Of a stretch of DNA of 64,000 bases, positions 23,561 to 36,129 are shown one piece after another (positions within the stretch are counted from its first letter, which is position 1; each line of letters opens with the position of its first letter). This DNA comes from Raillietiella orientalis (lineage: Eukaryota), in assembly GCA_036172245.1 (NCBI GenBank), contig JAYWIR010000008.1, positions 806,001 to 870,000 of the forward strand, read 5' to 3'. The notes under the pieces are model-generated. The model did no database searches and was not told the origin of the DNA. It saw only the letters and a list, made by a program, of their open reading frames with translations. The position numbers and the translations under genes were made by a program.

Positions 23561-23949
23561 GTTTCCACCCCCACCCCTCCTCCCCGTGCTCCCTCTATCC
23601 CGAGCCTTGGTTGGGACGGCGGTGGTCCTGGATGTAGCAACGAGGGCCGATCGCTCCTGTCCCTCCTTATTGGAATTCACCTCTGAGGGAAAACAGGACG
23701 GTGAGTTCTCTTCTCCGAGTAGCCACGGGAACTATCGAGCGGGGAGGAGAGCAGTCTTCCCCCTCCCCGCTCCTCCCCTCCCCTCCGTTCCCCCTCTTTG
23801 GGATTCCGAGATCGCCTGTCGGGTTTCACTCTTCCGTGCTCTTTTCCCGGACACAGCGGGCAGGAGGGTGGGCCGAGGAAGGGTAGAGTTCCCTCCGGCG
23901 CGCGCGACGCGGCCCGGGACGGTGGTGCGGTTCGCGCACGTGCGGGGGT

Positions 23950-24700
23950 AATCCCTGCCTTCTCCGAGGCCAATCGCTTCGCTCTTCTCCCCCTTTTGCC
24001 TGCTGGCAGCCCCATGGTGCCTCTGAGCGGCCGAATGGACAACGAGCGGGCGCAGCCTCCCTCCTCCGTCCGCTAGATGTCACCGCTGGGGCGATTCGGA
24101 AGCGCCGGCGCAAGGCTGCGGGCGGACCGGCAACCTCTTCGGGCACGTGTGGTGCCTCGTTTGTTCGAGGCGGGAGGAGGTGAGGAAGAGCGACGAAGGG
24201 GGAAAGGGAAGGGACTTTCTCCCCTACCGCAGTTCGTTCCAATTCTTCCCCTCGCTCTCGGGGTCTTCTTGAAGGGGCTGCCGCTACAGCCCGATGAGCT
24301 CGGCCGCGGTCCCGGCTGGCTCTCGCTTGCCGGACCGAGAGAGAGCAAGCGGCGAGCATCATCTCATCTCGAGTAGGCTTAGGTATGCCGATGGGAGGTG
24401 AGGGGAGGGAGGAGGAAGGGGAGAGGGAAGGAAGGAGAGCGCCGACAGAAGCGTCGCCAGCGGTCTAGGGAGCCCGTTTCTGGCTGACCCGTTGCCTAGG
24501 AGACCGAGCGGGAGGGGGAGAGGAGGCCGATCCGACGGGGAAGGGAAGGGGTCCTCCGGGTGAGGGAGCACCTGAGAGTCCCTGCCCCCGTAACCCCCAG
24601 GGGTGCGGGGCCAAGGACAGCCGCGCCTCCAGGCTCACTCAGAGCAGCAGGATGGGACAGGAGCGCAGGTCGGAGGGGATTTTCTCCGGGGGCGCGAGCT
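23950..24700 (-). mobile_element. Possible decayed PIF/Harbinger transposase fragment
   Basis: PAPLGVTGAGTL (cf. P..IGAIDG.H), TAVGEKVPSLSPFV (cf. VGD.AFPL.P), EAPHVPEEVAG..ALRRRFRI (cf. AR..IE.AFG.L..RFRI), in order on the minus strand. Confidence 0.33.
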
Positions 24701-25749
24701 TCTGATGCGCCATCCTGCCTTACCTGCCTCCTCATCCTCCAACTCTGGTCGAAGGAGAGGAGGAGGAGGAGGGGGGGGGATTTTCGTGCCCGTGCAACCC
24801 GCCCCGTCCCGGGCGGCCGTGACCGCGCGCGCGCGTTCCCGAAGGGGATGCGGGTGGTCCAGCGGCAGCATCCAACAGCGGGGGAGGTGGCAGTCCCGCG
24901 GCGTTGGCGCCGGCGGAAAAGAAGCGGTGTCGGCGGGCGGATGGACGCGAGGGGGAAGAAGGTCCGGCGGTGGCGCTGTGGGTCCGGAAGGGGTGAAGAG
25001 GAGGAGGAAGACGAGGCAGGTGGAGCCGGAAGGAGAAGGCAGGGGGGCGGGGGTGAAGAGGAGGAGGGGGGGGGGGCTCGCCGCTCGAGTCGGAATGCGC
25101 GGGTGCGCGACTGCTGCCGCTCGCTCGCCGGTTCGCTCGCGCCGGCGCGGGGAGCAGCCGCGACGCCTCGCGCAGGGTCCAGGGCTTTCCACTCCATTAA
25201 TCCGGTAGCCTTGGGCCGGTCCGCGGAAACGTGACGGACGTCACGACGGGCCGAAGACCCGATGTTCCAAATGACTTCTGGAAACTCGATCCCGCGCCGT
25301 GTCTCCAATTACAGGAAGAACGGTCATCCGGGGTTCCTCCGCCGGCGAGGAGAGAGTCGCGGGCTGTAATTTGGGCTCGATGGGAGGGGGAGGGGGAGAG
25401 GGGGAGGAGGGCGAGCGGAGAGCCGCCGTCGGACCGCTGGCCATCACGCGGCGCCCCGGTAACGTTCATTCTATTAGCTTCATTCGTGGCCGATCTTCCG
25501 GAAGTCTGGGGCAATTTGGAGGTTCCAAGTGAGCCATTATCAAAATCAAATTACTGTCGTCGGCTGCGACGCCGGGTAACGAGCGCGCATTTTCTGGTTC
25601 CTCCGGCACCGGGGGAGGCGGCGGCGGAGGGGGAGGGGCGAACAAAAGGAAAGAAAAGAACCATGACAACACAGCGCGTGTGATTATTCTCACGTAATTG
25701 CTCTTGTTTCCTAGGCTCCTGGCATGCTGTTATCGGGCGCGCGGAGCGG

Positions 25750-27950
25750 GCGAGTCCCGAAAGGGAAGCGAGGGGAGGAGGAGGAGGAGGAGGAGGGGAA
25801 GGGGGTCGGGATGGAGAGGGTAGGGGAGGGAGGAGAAAGGGCCGCGGAGGAAAGAGAGACGCAGACGAATGGGACCGATCGTCGCCTCGTTCGGTCGTCC
25901 CGGAGGGGGAAGACGGCGGGGCGGGACGCCCTCGCGACGTCGCCCCACGCTCTGGAGCGCGCGCGCGCGCATCCCTCTCGGGGCAGCGCCTGCGGCGGCG
26001 GCACTCCGGATCGCTCTCCCCCCTGGAGCTCGCTCCCGCGAGGTGGAGGAGGAGAGGGCGTACCCCGGCCAGGAGGCCATCCCGCTCCGCGCACCTTCCG
26101 TAAAGTCGAAAGTCCCCCCTGAGAATGGAAAAAGACGGAGGGGTATGAATGATGCTTTCCGAAACTTCGCTCCCTGAGGGGCGAACCCTCCTGTGATCCA
26201 GGCGACGACCCCGTTTCCAGCCTGAACAGCGCTCCTTGGCGCCGTCGGATGTGTGAGGGAGGATTGCGGGGGCTTCCCAGGTGGTTTTCCGAGAGCCGAA
26301 ATCTCTTCAGCGCTGCGCACTCCGCCCCAATTGCTCCCCACTACTCGTCCTACGGCCCTACGACCCCTTTTCTGAATCAGACGTCCGGCTTCCCTTCCAA
26401 GAGAAAGGTCGCGGGCAAAAGCAGTGGAGGGATGACGACAGAATGCCATCCTTCAGCATGAATGACACCTGCGGTCGTCATGCGAACGAGTACAGCGCGG
26501 ATAGCACGCACAACATGGCACAGCACGCGGCCCAGGAAGAGCACCACAAGAAGGGTAAAACGAAGGGCGAGGGCAAGGCGAGAAGAGCAGCTCAAGAGGA
26601 GAACCCGTGATCCAAAAGATGGCCACTCAGAAATTCCCATACCTTCGTGCGGTCTCCGTTGGAGCACGGCGCTGCAACCCCGAGAATCGCTTCATCCGTA
26701 ATGTTCCCGCTTCGGGCATTTTGCAAAGGCCGAATTCGTTTTCATTTTCAAAATAGATTCGTTATGAAAGCAACAAAACAGCAGCAACTTCCCTACACTA
26801 AAGAACCTTCCTTTTGTTTTTTTTGTTTTTTTTTTCGCATTGCCCCAGAAAAAAAAAAAAAAAAGAGCTGTTGGTAATTCTGGAAATCCTCTGCCGCGGT
26901 TCGCCATGTTTGATTTCCAAGCGGCCCGCCACCACCACCTATCTAAAATCTACGCTCCCAACGCTTAAGCAATCGATGCAACTTGCCTCACAAAGTTGCA
27001 TGTGGGCATGGGGCCACGCTCACGAGCCAGTGGGATCATTCCATGGAGCATATTTCACGGAAAGAATTCCTGATCTATCAGCTGTCATGATAAACTCATT
27101 TCTGCGACGCGATCAGATACACTTTGATTTATACTCTGAACGTGCGCATTATGTATCGATGTGGTTAGCAGTGGAATGCCCGCGGTCCGCAGTCTGTTAA
27201 TGACGTGGCCGTTTAGTGCATGCGTGGATCGCAACGCGAGCGCCTGAACGACGAAAATGACAATTTCATAATTCATCATCTTCGAGGCGCCACGCTGAAA
27301 AGAAGGTAATGGGACGAAGGCGCTTTCCGAAGACGCCATGCTTGCCGTCGGATGCGGAAATCGGATGTGGAAGGATGCGGAGGGAGGTCGGACGCGCACC
27401 ATCGCAAGATAGGATGACGACGACGGCGACTGCACTCATTGGTATTCTTTAAACGTCTAATGCGTTTCAAACGACTGATGGAGCGAATAGGAAGAGGAGT
27501 CCCGCCTGGAACGAGACGGGGTGGGGGGAATGCCATGTTCCGTTTGCGAGTGAGAGCCAAGAAGATTACGGGCTTCTTGGGTAGTAATTGCAAGGTGGTC
27601 AAAAGAGCCATACTGCACGCGGGGGGAGGCACGGCTCTGCGTGCAGCGGCTGCTGGGAAAAGGAATGAATCTCGGAGGCGTCTTTCGGCGGGACGGCGGG
27701 TGCCTTTCGGGTGATGCATTTTTTTTTTTTTTTTCTTCTCTTCCATCCTCCTCTCCACCTGGAAAAGGAGTACTCCGTACTTCGGTACATGGCGTGGAAT
27801 TTCCGTGCTCCCGGAGAGAAACCGACCCCGCGCTCTTCTTCGCCTTCGTCCCATCCCTTCGTTCCAGTCGGAGGACCTGGCAGTGGTCTCCTCCGCTCAT
27901 CGTAAAGTGCATCCAAGAGGTGATAAACGTCGGCGTGCTTCACACCCTCA
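25750..27950 (-). mobile_element. Decayed Ty3/Gypsy pol fragment (PR-RT-start of RH)
   Basis: Protease vestige HADVYHLLDA (~27920). RT: RSGILSVKYAPWNDP..HMQLC..CID (~27075-26970; cf. GII.PS.SPW.SP..RLCID), HVVRAIRAVLVRMTTAGV (~26520-26465), KGVVGP*DE*WGAI, RSAEEISALG. RNase H start: TFDFTEGARSG. Confidence 0.5.
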
Positions 27951-29049
27951 AAACAAAGAGTGCCAAATTACAACTCTTTATTCCTCGCCCACCTCCGCCG
28001 TGGCACCCACGTCGAATGTCTTCTGCCGGTTCCGTTCGCAGATGCCCTCTCCGAGGTCGGTTATCCGAGGTATCCGTGTAGACTGTCAATTACGGACGGA
28101 GGAAAATCATGACTCGCTGAGGGAGTTTTTATTTGGCCCATGCATTGCATCTGCAAGGCCCAAGTAGGATGTACAAAAGAAGCAATACAAAGATTTTAAT
28201 GGGCATCTTCGGGAGTCAAAGGCATCGCATCTTTTGATATAACAGTTTGAGAAAAGGGAAGATAATGACTGAAGAAAGCCTTCTCTTCTTCTTCTTCTTC
28301 TTCCCCCCCCCCCCCTCTCTCTCTCTTTCCTTCGTCTGCGCTGACTCTTACTAAACCATATTGTTTTTGTACACGGGAAAAAAAAAAAAGGAAAACACAA
28401 AAAAAAGGAGAGGAAATGGCTAGTTGCTTCTGGTTATTCATTTGTTTAATGTTTATGCATGACTTCTCGTTCAGGCAAAACCATTCAAGATGCAACGAGA
28501 GAGAACATGCAAGGAGAGCGCGGAGAGGCTGTGCATCATCGGGTCATCGCGGGCCGCGGAGTGAGAATTTCCTGCTGGCTTGGCCAAACGCCGCCGTCCA
28601 GTCCTCATTTTGTCGCTGGAAGTCGAAAACAGGGATACGTCCTTACGAAACTACGTGAGGACATGCACTTATGTTTTCAGCGCAGCGGTAATGAAATGAA
28701 TGCATTTTTAATTGCACCCTAATAAGAAGCCATCGGCCCAATTTCGAACTTGCAGCGGAGCAATCAAGGACTTGTTAATGTGTGCCCGGAGCTATAAATA
28801 AATATTGATTTTTTTTTGTTTTTTGTTTTAGCCCGTGTGCTTGGGCCGGTATCGACCGAGTCGTATTTCCTTGTCTCCTTCGGATGCGCTCCGGGAGGTC
28901 ACGAACTTCGTTCTTGTTTTCCCCCCAACACGTCTGTTGCATGCGTGTGGATGCGCGATTTAACGACGCATGTCAGCGGCGTAGCCAGCGGAGGGAGACC
29001 CCGATCTTCCCCCCCTTTGTCATGGGGCACGCAACCCACGCAGGCTCCC

Positions 29050-31750
29050 CCGTCCCTCCCCTACACCCTTTACGTGCGCGTGGAAGGAGGAGGGTACACC
29101 GCGTCGACATCGTGCCGGCCCTCCGGGGCCTGCAAAGGTGCCTGGAAGCAGCGGGCGCTCTTGGCCGCGAACGGGTACCGGCGGCTGAAAGCTGCTGCAG
29201 CTTCGCTGGGCCTCCCGGGAGCGTTCTCCGGTCGTGCGAGTATTTCCCTCGGGTGGTGGGTGTTTCCCTGTTTTGCGCCAAGTCGCTTCAGGCTCGACGA
29301 ACCCGCCGACGAGTTCCAGAAACCAATTCATCCGCGCGGAATGGCCGGCGTTTCGGAGCGTGCTGGGATCGCGGGAGACTCGCTCCCGGGATCTCGAGAC
29401 GGCACGTTTACGAAAGGAGTCTTCTGGTCCGTCCTGCTCTCTGGGTGGGGGGAGGCGGGCGGGAGAGCGAGCCTGAAGGAGCGGGGATGAGAACGGTGCT
29501 TCCACCACCGGTGAAAAGCCACCAGGAAGAAGACCTCAGGCAGCTTCGCTTGTTTCGGAGGGGATGCACTCTGGCAGAAACAATCGGTCCCGAAGAGGCA
29601 GCAGCCTCGTGTGTCCCGTGACATTATCCTGTGGATGAGGAGCGTGCTCTCGTTTCCGAGGCTTCCACTCTTGCGCCGGGGACCTTCCGGAAATCCGGAA
29701 GATTCTTCTTCGATCCTCTCTCGGAGCAGGAGGATGAAAGCAGAGGTGTGCGAACAGCTGCTTCACCCCGGTTCCCAAGGCGGCAGCTTCCGGGTTCGTT
29801 TCCCTCTGCACCTTCCCTCGCCGTCTTATCTTCCCGAGGAACGCTTCCCGTCTCCGGAACTTCCGGTCGCCCTGCATTCCAGGAGAGGTGTGCCGTCTGG
29901 ACTGAAGAACTGGGGCCAAGGTCAAGCGTGCCCACGTCGATTAGCTGGGCAGGAAGGAGGAGAGGGGGCGTCAAGTTGAAACATCAGGGAGCCAAAGCTG
30001 AATCGGGAAGGGGCAGGGAGAGAATAAGGACGGGAGAAGGAGAGGGGAATGAGCAAAGACCGGGAAAGCAGGATGCGGCATGCTGAGCATCCTCTTTTCG
30101 CGCTTCCTTTTCTTCCCCTCTTCGAGAATCCGTGCGTTTCCAAGGAAACTGATGGCGGGATCGGAAGCCCGAAGGACGCGGATTGGTTTCGCTGCCCTGG
30201 CGGAGGGAAGACGGCTGCATCCAGAGGTATCCTCCCCACTTCCCGCCCTCTCGCGTGAGGGGGTCCGAAGGGTTCCTCCAGCAGGGGGAGAATGGCTCTC
30301 GGGAAGAAAAGAGAGGTCCCTCATCTATTGCTGAGTGCCCCGGGCAGGGAAGGGGCTCCCGTCGCTCTAGGAAAGGGGACACAGGACCCTCTGCTCCTTC
30401 GCTTGTGAACTGGGATGCACGCGACGCTGGGGAAGGAGACATCCGCGAAGACGACGCCCTCCCCTGCGTAGGCGACCATGCCGATGATCGCACGCGCCCT
30501 AGGCCGGCTACTCGGTCCGTCTGGTGAAGGAGGCCCCCGACTCCCATTCCCGTCTCTCCTCTCTCATGTGCCATCGCCTTCTCACCTGCCTTCCAGCGCG
30601 CCCACGCGCCTCGCCCCTCTGGGGCGCGAGGGTCTGGTACATAACCTCCTCCCCTCCATTTCCTGCGGACGCTCCCGCAAGTGAGCGAGCGGGACCCTGG
30701 CTGGCGCGGGACAGCGGCGTGTCGGGTTGGTCCGGCGACCCAGGGAGCGCCTCCGCCGGCTCTCATGGGGGGAAGGAGGGCGGAATAGGGTGGGGAGGCG
30801 TTCCGCGGCGCTCAGGCGTGAGGGGACGTCTAGGGCTCCCTCGCAACCCTCCCGCGCCCATCGCATCCTCTCCTACCCGGCAGGATGTGCACGAATTCCC
30901 TCTCCTTCCCCTCCTCTCCTCCTCCTTCCAGACGGAAGGGCGGGGCCGCGTCTGCCCCCTTCTCCTCCTCCACCCGCCTTTACCCCTCCTGCTAGGAGCA
31001 AAGACGCCTGCGGACTCCCCCCAAGAGGTGCCCTGAGAGGACTGCAGCCCCATCGTGTTCAGCAGAAGCGAGATAGAGGGACCATCCTCGGCAGGCACAG
31101 GAGCAGCCTGCACGCGTTTCCATGGCGACGCTTCCGGGATCGGCGTGGAGTTGTGGGCGCGGTCGACGGGGGCGTCCCTTTCCTCGAACGTCTCCGGGAA
31201 GCATCGGCTCTGCGACTCGGTCAGCACGAGCGGGGGGTTCGCCTCCCGGCACCCTCTCACCCATCCCTCCCAGGAAGACGGGAGCGTTCTTTTGCATCCC
31301 CCCTGGAAGGGAGTTCACCCCCTCTCGCTGGTGCAGGGGTGGGGACAGAGAGAGGGTAGCGCGCCCCGCCGGAGCCCCTCCGGTTGGAGGAGTGGGCAGG
31401 TTCCTCCCTACTGCTCCTCGGAACAAAGTCCGGAGAGGGCTCTCCGGAGTCGCACCGCTCCGCACAGCTTCCCGCGCGAGGAAGTGGCATGAAACCGACA
31501 GCGGGACTCCTACCCCCCTCCTGCACCCGCCGGAGGATCCGTCTGTGTGGGGATCAAGGGGAGGACTCCCCATGCTCCACCCAGTAGGACTGGCAGTCCG
31601 GGAGGGTGTGTCCAAGACAGGGGGCGGCCGGGGAATCGCTCCAGGCGGCGCGCGAGCGGAAGCGCGCGCCCGGAACCTCGAGCTCGTTGCCGCCGCCCCT
31701 CATCCCCTACGGCTTCTCCCCTTGCTTCACGCCCGACGGCGACGGAGGTA
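29050..31750 (+). mobile_element. Decayed I-group LINE ORF2 (RT, RNase H, CCHC)
   Basis: RT: GACKGAWKQ (cf. G.FP..WK.A), RASISL..RL, RDIILWMRSVLS (~29620), PGSQGGSF..PLHL, VALHSRR (ADD vestige), VKLKHQGAK. RNase H-like: IVFSRS..GTGAA and QVPPYCSSEQSPERA (~31400-31440). Zinc finger vestige: VCPRQGAAGESLQ (~31606). Confidence 0.48.
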
Positions 31751-32899
31751 GAAGAGGAGGGGCCGGCAGGGAGGACACGTCATCCTTGCTCTTCCTCCCT
31801 TTACGGAAGAGGGGACTGGGGGAGGAGAATGGGCGGATCCCTTCCCGATTCCCGTTCTGGACCTCGAGAACGCCCTCTGCTCCCGTGAGAAGCCCCTTCT
31901 TCGGGGAAGAGGAAGGAGAGCTGGATATGGGATCAGGGGAGTCCCCGTCCTAGTCCCCAGAGACCGGAAGGCTCAGCACACTCCCCACCCGCCCCTCCTT
32001 CCAAGGGGTCTCCGGGGCACACAGTTCCCCCTCCCCCCCCTTACTTGGCAACTTCCGCTGCAACGCAACGCGGGAGAGTCCCGAACCGTCTCTGGAACGG
32101 AGGGAGGCGATCGATTACCCCCCCCCCCCCACGTCCCATCGATCGCCTACTTAAAGCAGTCAATTAGCCATCCGATCCCATCCATCACCCGCTGGAGCTG
32201 ATCAATTTGCTGCCGTCCCCTGGCAACCGCCCGGTTGCCACGAGGCTGGAGACTGTGGGGCTTGGGCGCAGCGGAGCAGATCCCTCGCTCTGGGGGAAGT
32301 CGGGTCGCACGGGGACGCGGGCTGCGCCACCCCTCTTCCCGGCGGAGGTCTTTCCGGCGCGCCCCGGGGCTCGGCGCCGTCCTCCCCAGTTCCCCAGGGA
32401 AGGGCGTGCGCCTCACCCCGGATTCCTCCCTTCTCGAAGCCCTCTCCCTCCGTCGGTCAGGAAGGTGGGCGGAGTGGGGAAAGGGAAGTGGGAAGGTGGG
32501 GGAATCTCGCGGGTTGTGCTGATCGCGACCCCCTCCGCGGGCTTGGAAAGCGAGCTGGGCATCGGCGATCAAGATTGATGGATTCTTAATGGACCGCCTT
32601 GTTTGGCTTGCCCGATGGGTGCTGAGGGTTCCAGACGGACAGCGGGCCGCGCGCGCCTAAGGAGAGGGGGCGGTGGCGAGGAAGCGATCCGCCCCTGCAG
32701 AAGAGGCGGGTCAAGCAGCTCCCGGCTTCGCGTGTGTGTGCGCGAGCGTGCGCTGTCCCCTGGGACGCGAAGAGGCGGTTGCCGCATCCTCCCCTTCCCC
32801 CTTCTCCTCTCTCTCTCTCTTGCGCGCGCTCTTTCGCCCCTCGCCCGCGCGGCGGCCACCCGCGCTGCTGCTGCTCCGCTTTCATCGTACCGAAGCCCG

Positions 32900-33900
32900 C
32901 CGCCGCCTCGCGCGTCGCCGCCGCCGCGACTCCTGGCCGAGTTTCCTCCACCCATTGTTGCGCGTGTCCATTGTTGCTCCCCCCCCCCTCATTCCTCATT
33001 CGGAAAAGCGCTTCTCCCTGCTGTTCGCTTCTTGCGCTCGGCTCCGCTCGCGCCGGCGCCGGCGGCTGCGCGGCGGGCGGGCGGGCGACGTGCCGGGTCC
33101 CCCGTCGCGCCGTTCGGCGCCCCGAGCCAACACGTGGCCTCTGAGCGGAGCCACGCAACCGGGGAAGGCCGATTCGCCTCGGTCCGGCCCCTTCCTGGTT
33201 GTGGCGTTCGCCTCCCTCCCTTCCCCGAAGCATGCGCTCGTTTCGGAGAGCCTCGGTAGCGCCCCCGGGGTCGGCCCTCAGGACGAGGCGGTTCCGCACC
33301 TTCCCCTCCGCCCCAGGAAGGGAGGGGTGGCACCCGGGGGTGATCGGAAAGTCCTGGACGGACGAACACATCCCTGCTTTTCCTTCGGGATGGGGAGTCT
33401 CTCCAATTCCCGAATTCGGACGTGACTGCCGCTCACCCACGGAAGGGCCTGAGCTCCATCGCAGCTCCTGGACCCGGACCTCCCCTTCCTGACCTCGATC
33501 ACGGCGGCATGGCCTCTTCCGCAAGAGGGGGACTACGGAACCACCAGATGTGCACACGATCTGGCCGAGAGAAGAATGCAAGGGAGGATGGATTTCGACA
33601 GGACGCCGTCTCTCATCCCCCTCCCCCTGGAATCCGCTGATGGGACCCTAACTGGGTCCTCTCATGTGGGTGACTGCAGTGTCTTTCCCAATGCCTCCTC
33701 GCGGAGAGAGTCCTTGATCAGATTTTTAACGGTGGAGTCCGGAGGGTGACCAGCTTAAAGCAGCTGTCCTTAATGGAGTGTCTTCTTCATCGGGTAGCCG
33801 CGTCAGCCCTGCCTGGACCTAACCTGACCCAGCCTACCCTTCCCGACCCGTTCCCCTGACCGCCGTCGAAATGACCGTCCGCGTTGCGCTGCAGCGGGCG
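32900..33900 (+). mobile_element. Decayed PIF/Harbinger DDE transposase
   Basis: Well-ordered motifs: IPHSEKRFSLL, HPGVIG/VLDG(R)THIP (~33331-33375; cf. FPGVIGAIDGTHIP), RKGLSSI (~33440), DLDH, CAHD (~33550), VGDCS.FP (~33667), LNGVSSSSGSRVSPAW (cf. FN..LSSAR..VE.AFG). Confidence 0.62.
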
Positions 33901-34749
33901 TAACCAAGGGGACGAAGGGGGGAGGAGGGACTGCGTGCCCTGGAGACCCCTCGGGAGGGAAGGGGGGCGGGTGGGCCTTCCTCTGTCGGGGGACGAGGAG
34001 GGGGACTCCCCTGATCTCTGCTTGCCCGCCCCCTTCCTCCTCCCCCCGACATGGGCGGGTGCGCCTCGTGGAGTCGGACGGAACGGCGTCCTTCAGGGAT
34101 CATCGGATCGGATCCCTTCTCCCGCTCCGCTGCCTCGCGTATCGCGCGTGCGCTGTCGCACCCGCGAGATCCGCTCCATTGTTGGCGGCGTCTGGCCGGC
34201 TCGCCTGGGTCTATTAATAGCTACGCGCCTCTCGCAGACATCATCACGCCTCCCCGTGCAAAGTGTTTCGCTGCCTTTGTACGGGAGGCTCACACGCCTC
34301 GTGCTTCTGAGGAGGCGCAGGGCGGAGCCGTGCCGCTTTTTTGCCTGAAATTCATCAGCAAGAGGACCCGACACGGATGCTGGGAGCATGCCGCTTTTTC
34401 TTTTTTTTGGCGTGACGCTTCCCTGTTGAGCCGCCGCCGTAGCTGCGGTCGTTTCGTCTCGTGCAAGCGGCCGAAACCTCAGGTCCGTTGGTCGGTGGCG
34501 TGGTCGCCCGCATCAGACTGGGTTCGGAAGCACGAAGCCGGCCTCGATCCCCATCCCTTCCTTCCGTGACCATGAGCCTCGCTGCCGCCTCCCTACTGTC
34601 TGTCTACACCTTCGGTGCTGCGATGACCCTCGGAAAACACGAGTGGCACCTGCCTGGCATCGCAGCCACCAGCATCACCTGATGCTTTGAGGCGCGCGAC
34701 CTCTGCCTTCGGTCCTGGAGCTTTATCCCTCAGATCCGTGTGGCCCGGT

Positions 34750-36000
34750 GCGCCGTTTTGCTTGCGACGAATTCGACTAGCCCTAAGCAGATCAAAAGGA
34801 AAGGAAAGTAGAGAGAGACGGAAGAAAAGGCAGAGACCCTCCATGTCGTGACCAAATGATTGGCAACGTACGGCCGCGCGTTCTCTTCTGTCGTGACTCT
34901 TCCAGATCACGAAGCCCGAAAAGCGTCTCGTCCTAGCTTCGTCTTGCAGCTTCTGGAGGGACGGCTGCGTTACGCACTTTCCACACAACTCGGTTGCCTA
35001 GGAGGGAGCGAGAAAACCCGTAAGAGGGCAGGGGAAGGTGGGGGAAGGATTTCATGTCCTTCTGACTGACGCGTTGCTGCACCAGCAGACACACCGCTGT
35101 GACCGAGGCGGTAGTGGTGGTGGCAGGTGGAAAAGGCGGAGACGAAAATCCCTTCGTCGAACGAGGAGGCGCTCTCTGGCGCTCTTCCCTCTCCAGGTGC
35201 CGTCGGGGCCTTCCTTCCCACAGCGACGGGACTCGGGGGGGCTTCGGATTCCCCGTAGCTCGCGAGGGGTCAGAGCGGGGCCCGTGCCGCAGACGAGAGC
35301 GGGGAGCAAAATGAGAATCGAAACCTACGCGGCAGATGGACCTGTCTTGGAGGAAGAGCCATCTGAAGCCAGGGATGAAGCGACGCAAAGAGCTGAGGGG
35401 CACGTGGTGGCATGGCTACCACGTGCCTCTCACACGCCCAACACAAAGCTGGCTCTTGGGCAGACCCCCGTTTCGAAAGAGCGTGTGCTAGTTTTCGAGA
35501 AAGAAAGAAAACGAAGAGAGGCCAAAAAAGAAAAGAAAAAAAAAGGAAAAACTGTTTCCCATCAGAAGCTGGCTAATCGTCGCGATGGTAACCAAGGGAA
35601 TCCAATCGAGTTACATAATTAGCGGCGGGAACACATCGCTGCCTCAACAATGCCGTTCGCCTCCGAAATGGAACATGGAGTCGGCAGTGCGTAGGCTAAG
35701 AGCATGCTGCAAGGTGCGCAAATTAACGCTGCACGAAATTACTTGGGATACGGAATCAACAGGATCAATGAATTGTAAAATTACAGAGAAAGCAGCATCC
35801 AGATATCCGACGAGGGTGCCACTGAATCTAAAGCAACAGTTCGCGCAGGATCGCGGATTCACTACCTGTGCATTATTCGGGCAGGTATTTTGTTCTTCCT
35901 TGGTTTATACTCACTGGTCACTTTTGCAAAAAGGCTGTTTGTTTGCTCTGAGAGATGTTCGGTGCGCTGTCAGTGTACAGTCAGGGGTGCCATACGATGC
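34750..36000 (-). pseudogene. Decayed MADF(+BESS-like) gene, convergent partner of the Harbinger transposase at 32900-33900
   Basis: NSLFAKVTSEYKPRKNKIPAR (~35940-35878; cf. P.LWD....YKD...K..AW), FRWLFLQDRS (~35365), an S/T/P-rich linker, then DMEGLCLFFRLSLL..RIRRK (~34845-34760). Confidence 0.4.
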
Positions 36001-36071
36001 GTTTGCGTCTTGAAAGTGTATCTTTTAAAGACCGAGCGCAGTAGAACGGAAACAAGTGCACTGCGATCGCT

Positions 36072-36090
36072 GGGGGGGGGGGGGGGGGGG
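36072..36090 (+). repeat. Poly-G tract (G19)
   Basis: Read directly from the sequence. Confidence 0.95.
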
Positions 36091-36129
36091 ATATTCACGT
36101 TACGGACGTAGTATCATGCAATGGTGCTT

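Noticed and set aside
21893..23680. 595-aa ORF, and similar long ORFs at 47190-48602, 17707-18876 and 32586-33581
   Set aside because: They have R/P/G/S/A-dominated composition and overlap ORFs in most frames. Long open frames are expected where high GC removes stop codons, and this one is antisense to a Gypsy integrase fossil.
26458..26610. Codon-biased small ORF MNDTCGRHANEY...
   Set aside because: It is the antisense shadow of the Gypsy RT segment HVVRAIRAVLVRMTTAG.
34572..34682. 36-aa hydrophobic small ORF with ACCATG start and TGA-TGC end (possible micropeptide or selenocysteine readthrough)
   Set aside because: No recognisable homology, promoter or SECIS element, and it lies inside a Harbinger fossil. 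Ribo-seq or conservation would be needed to revive it.
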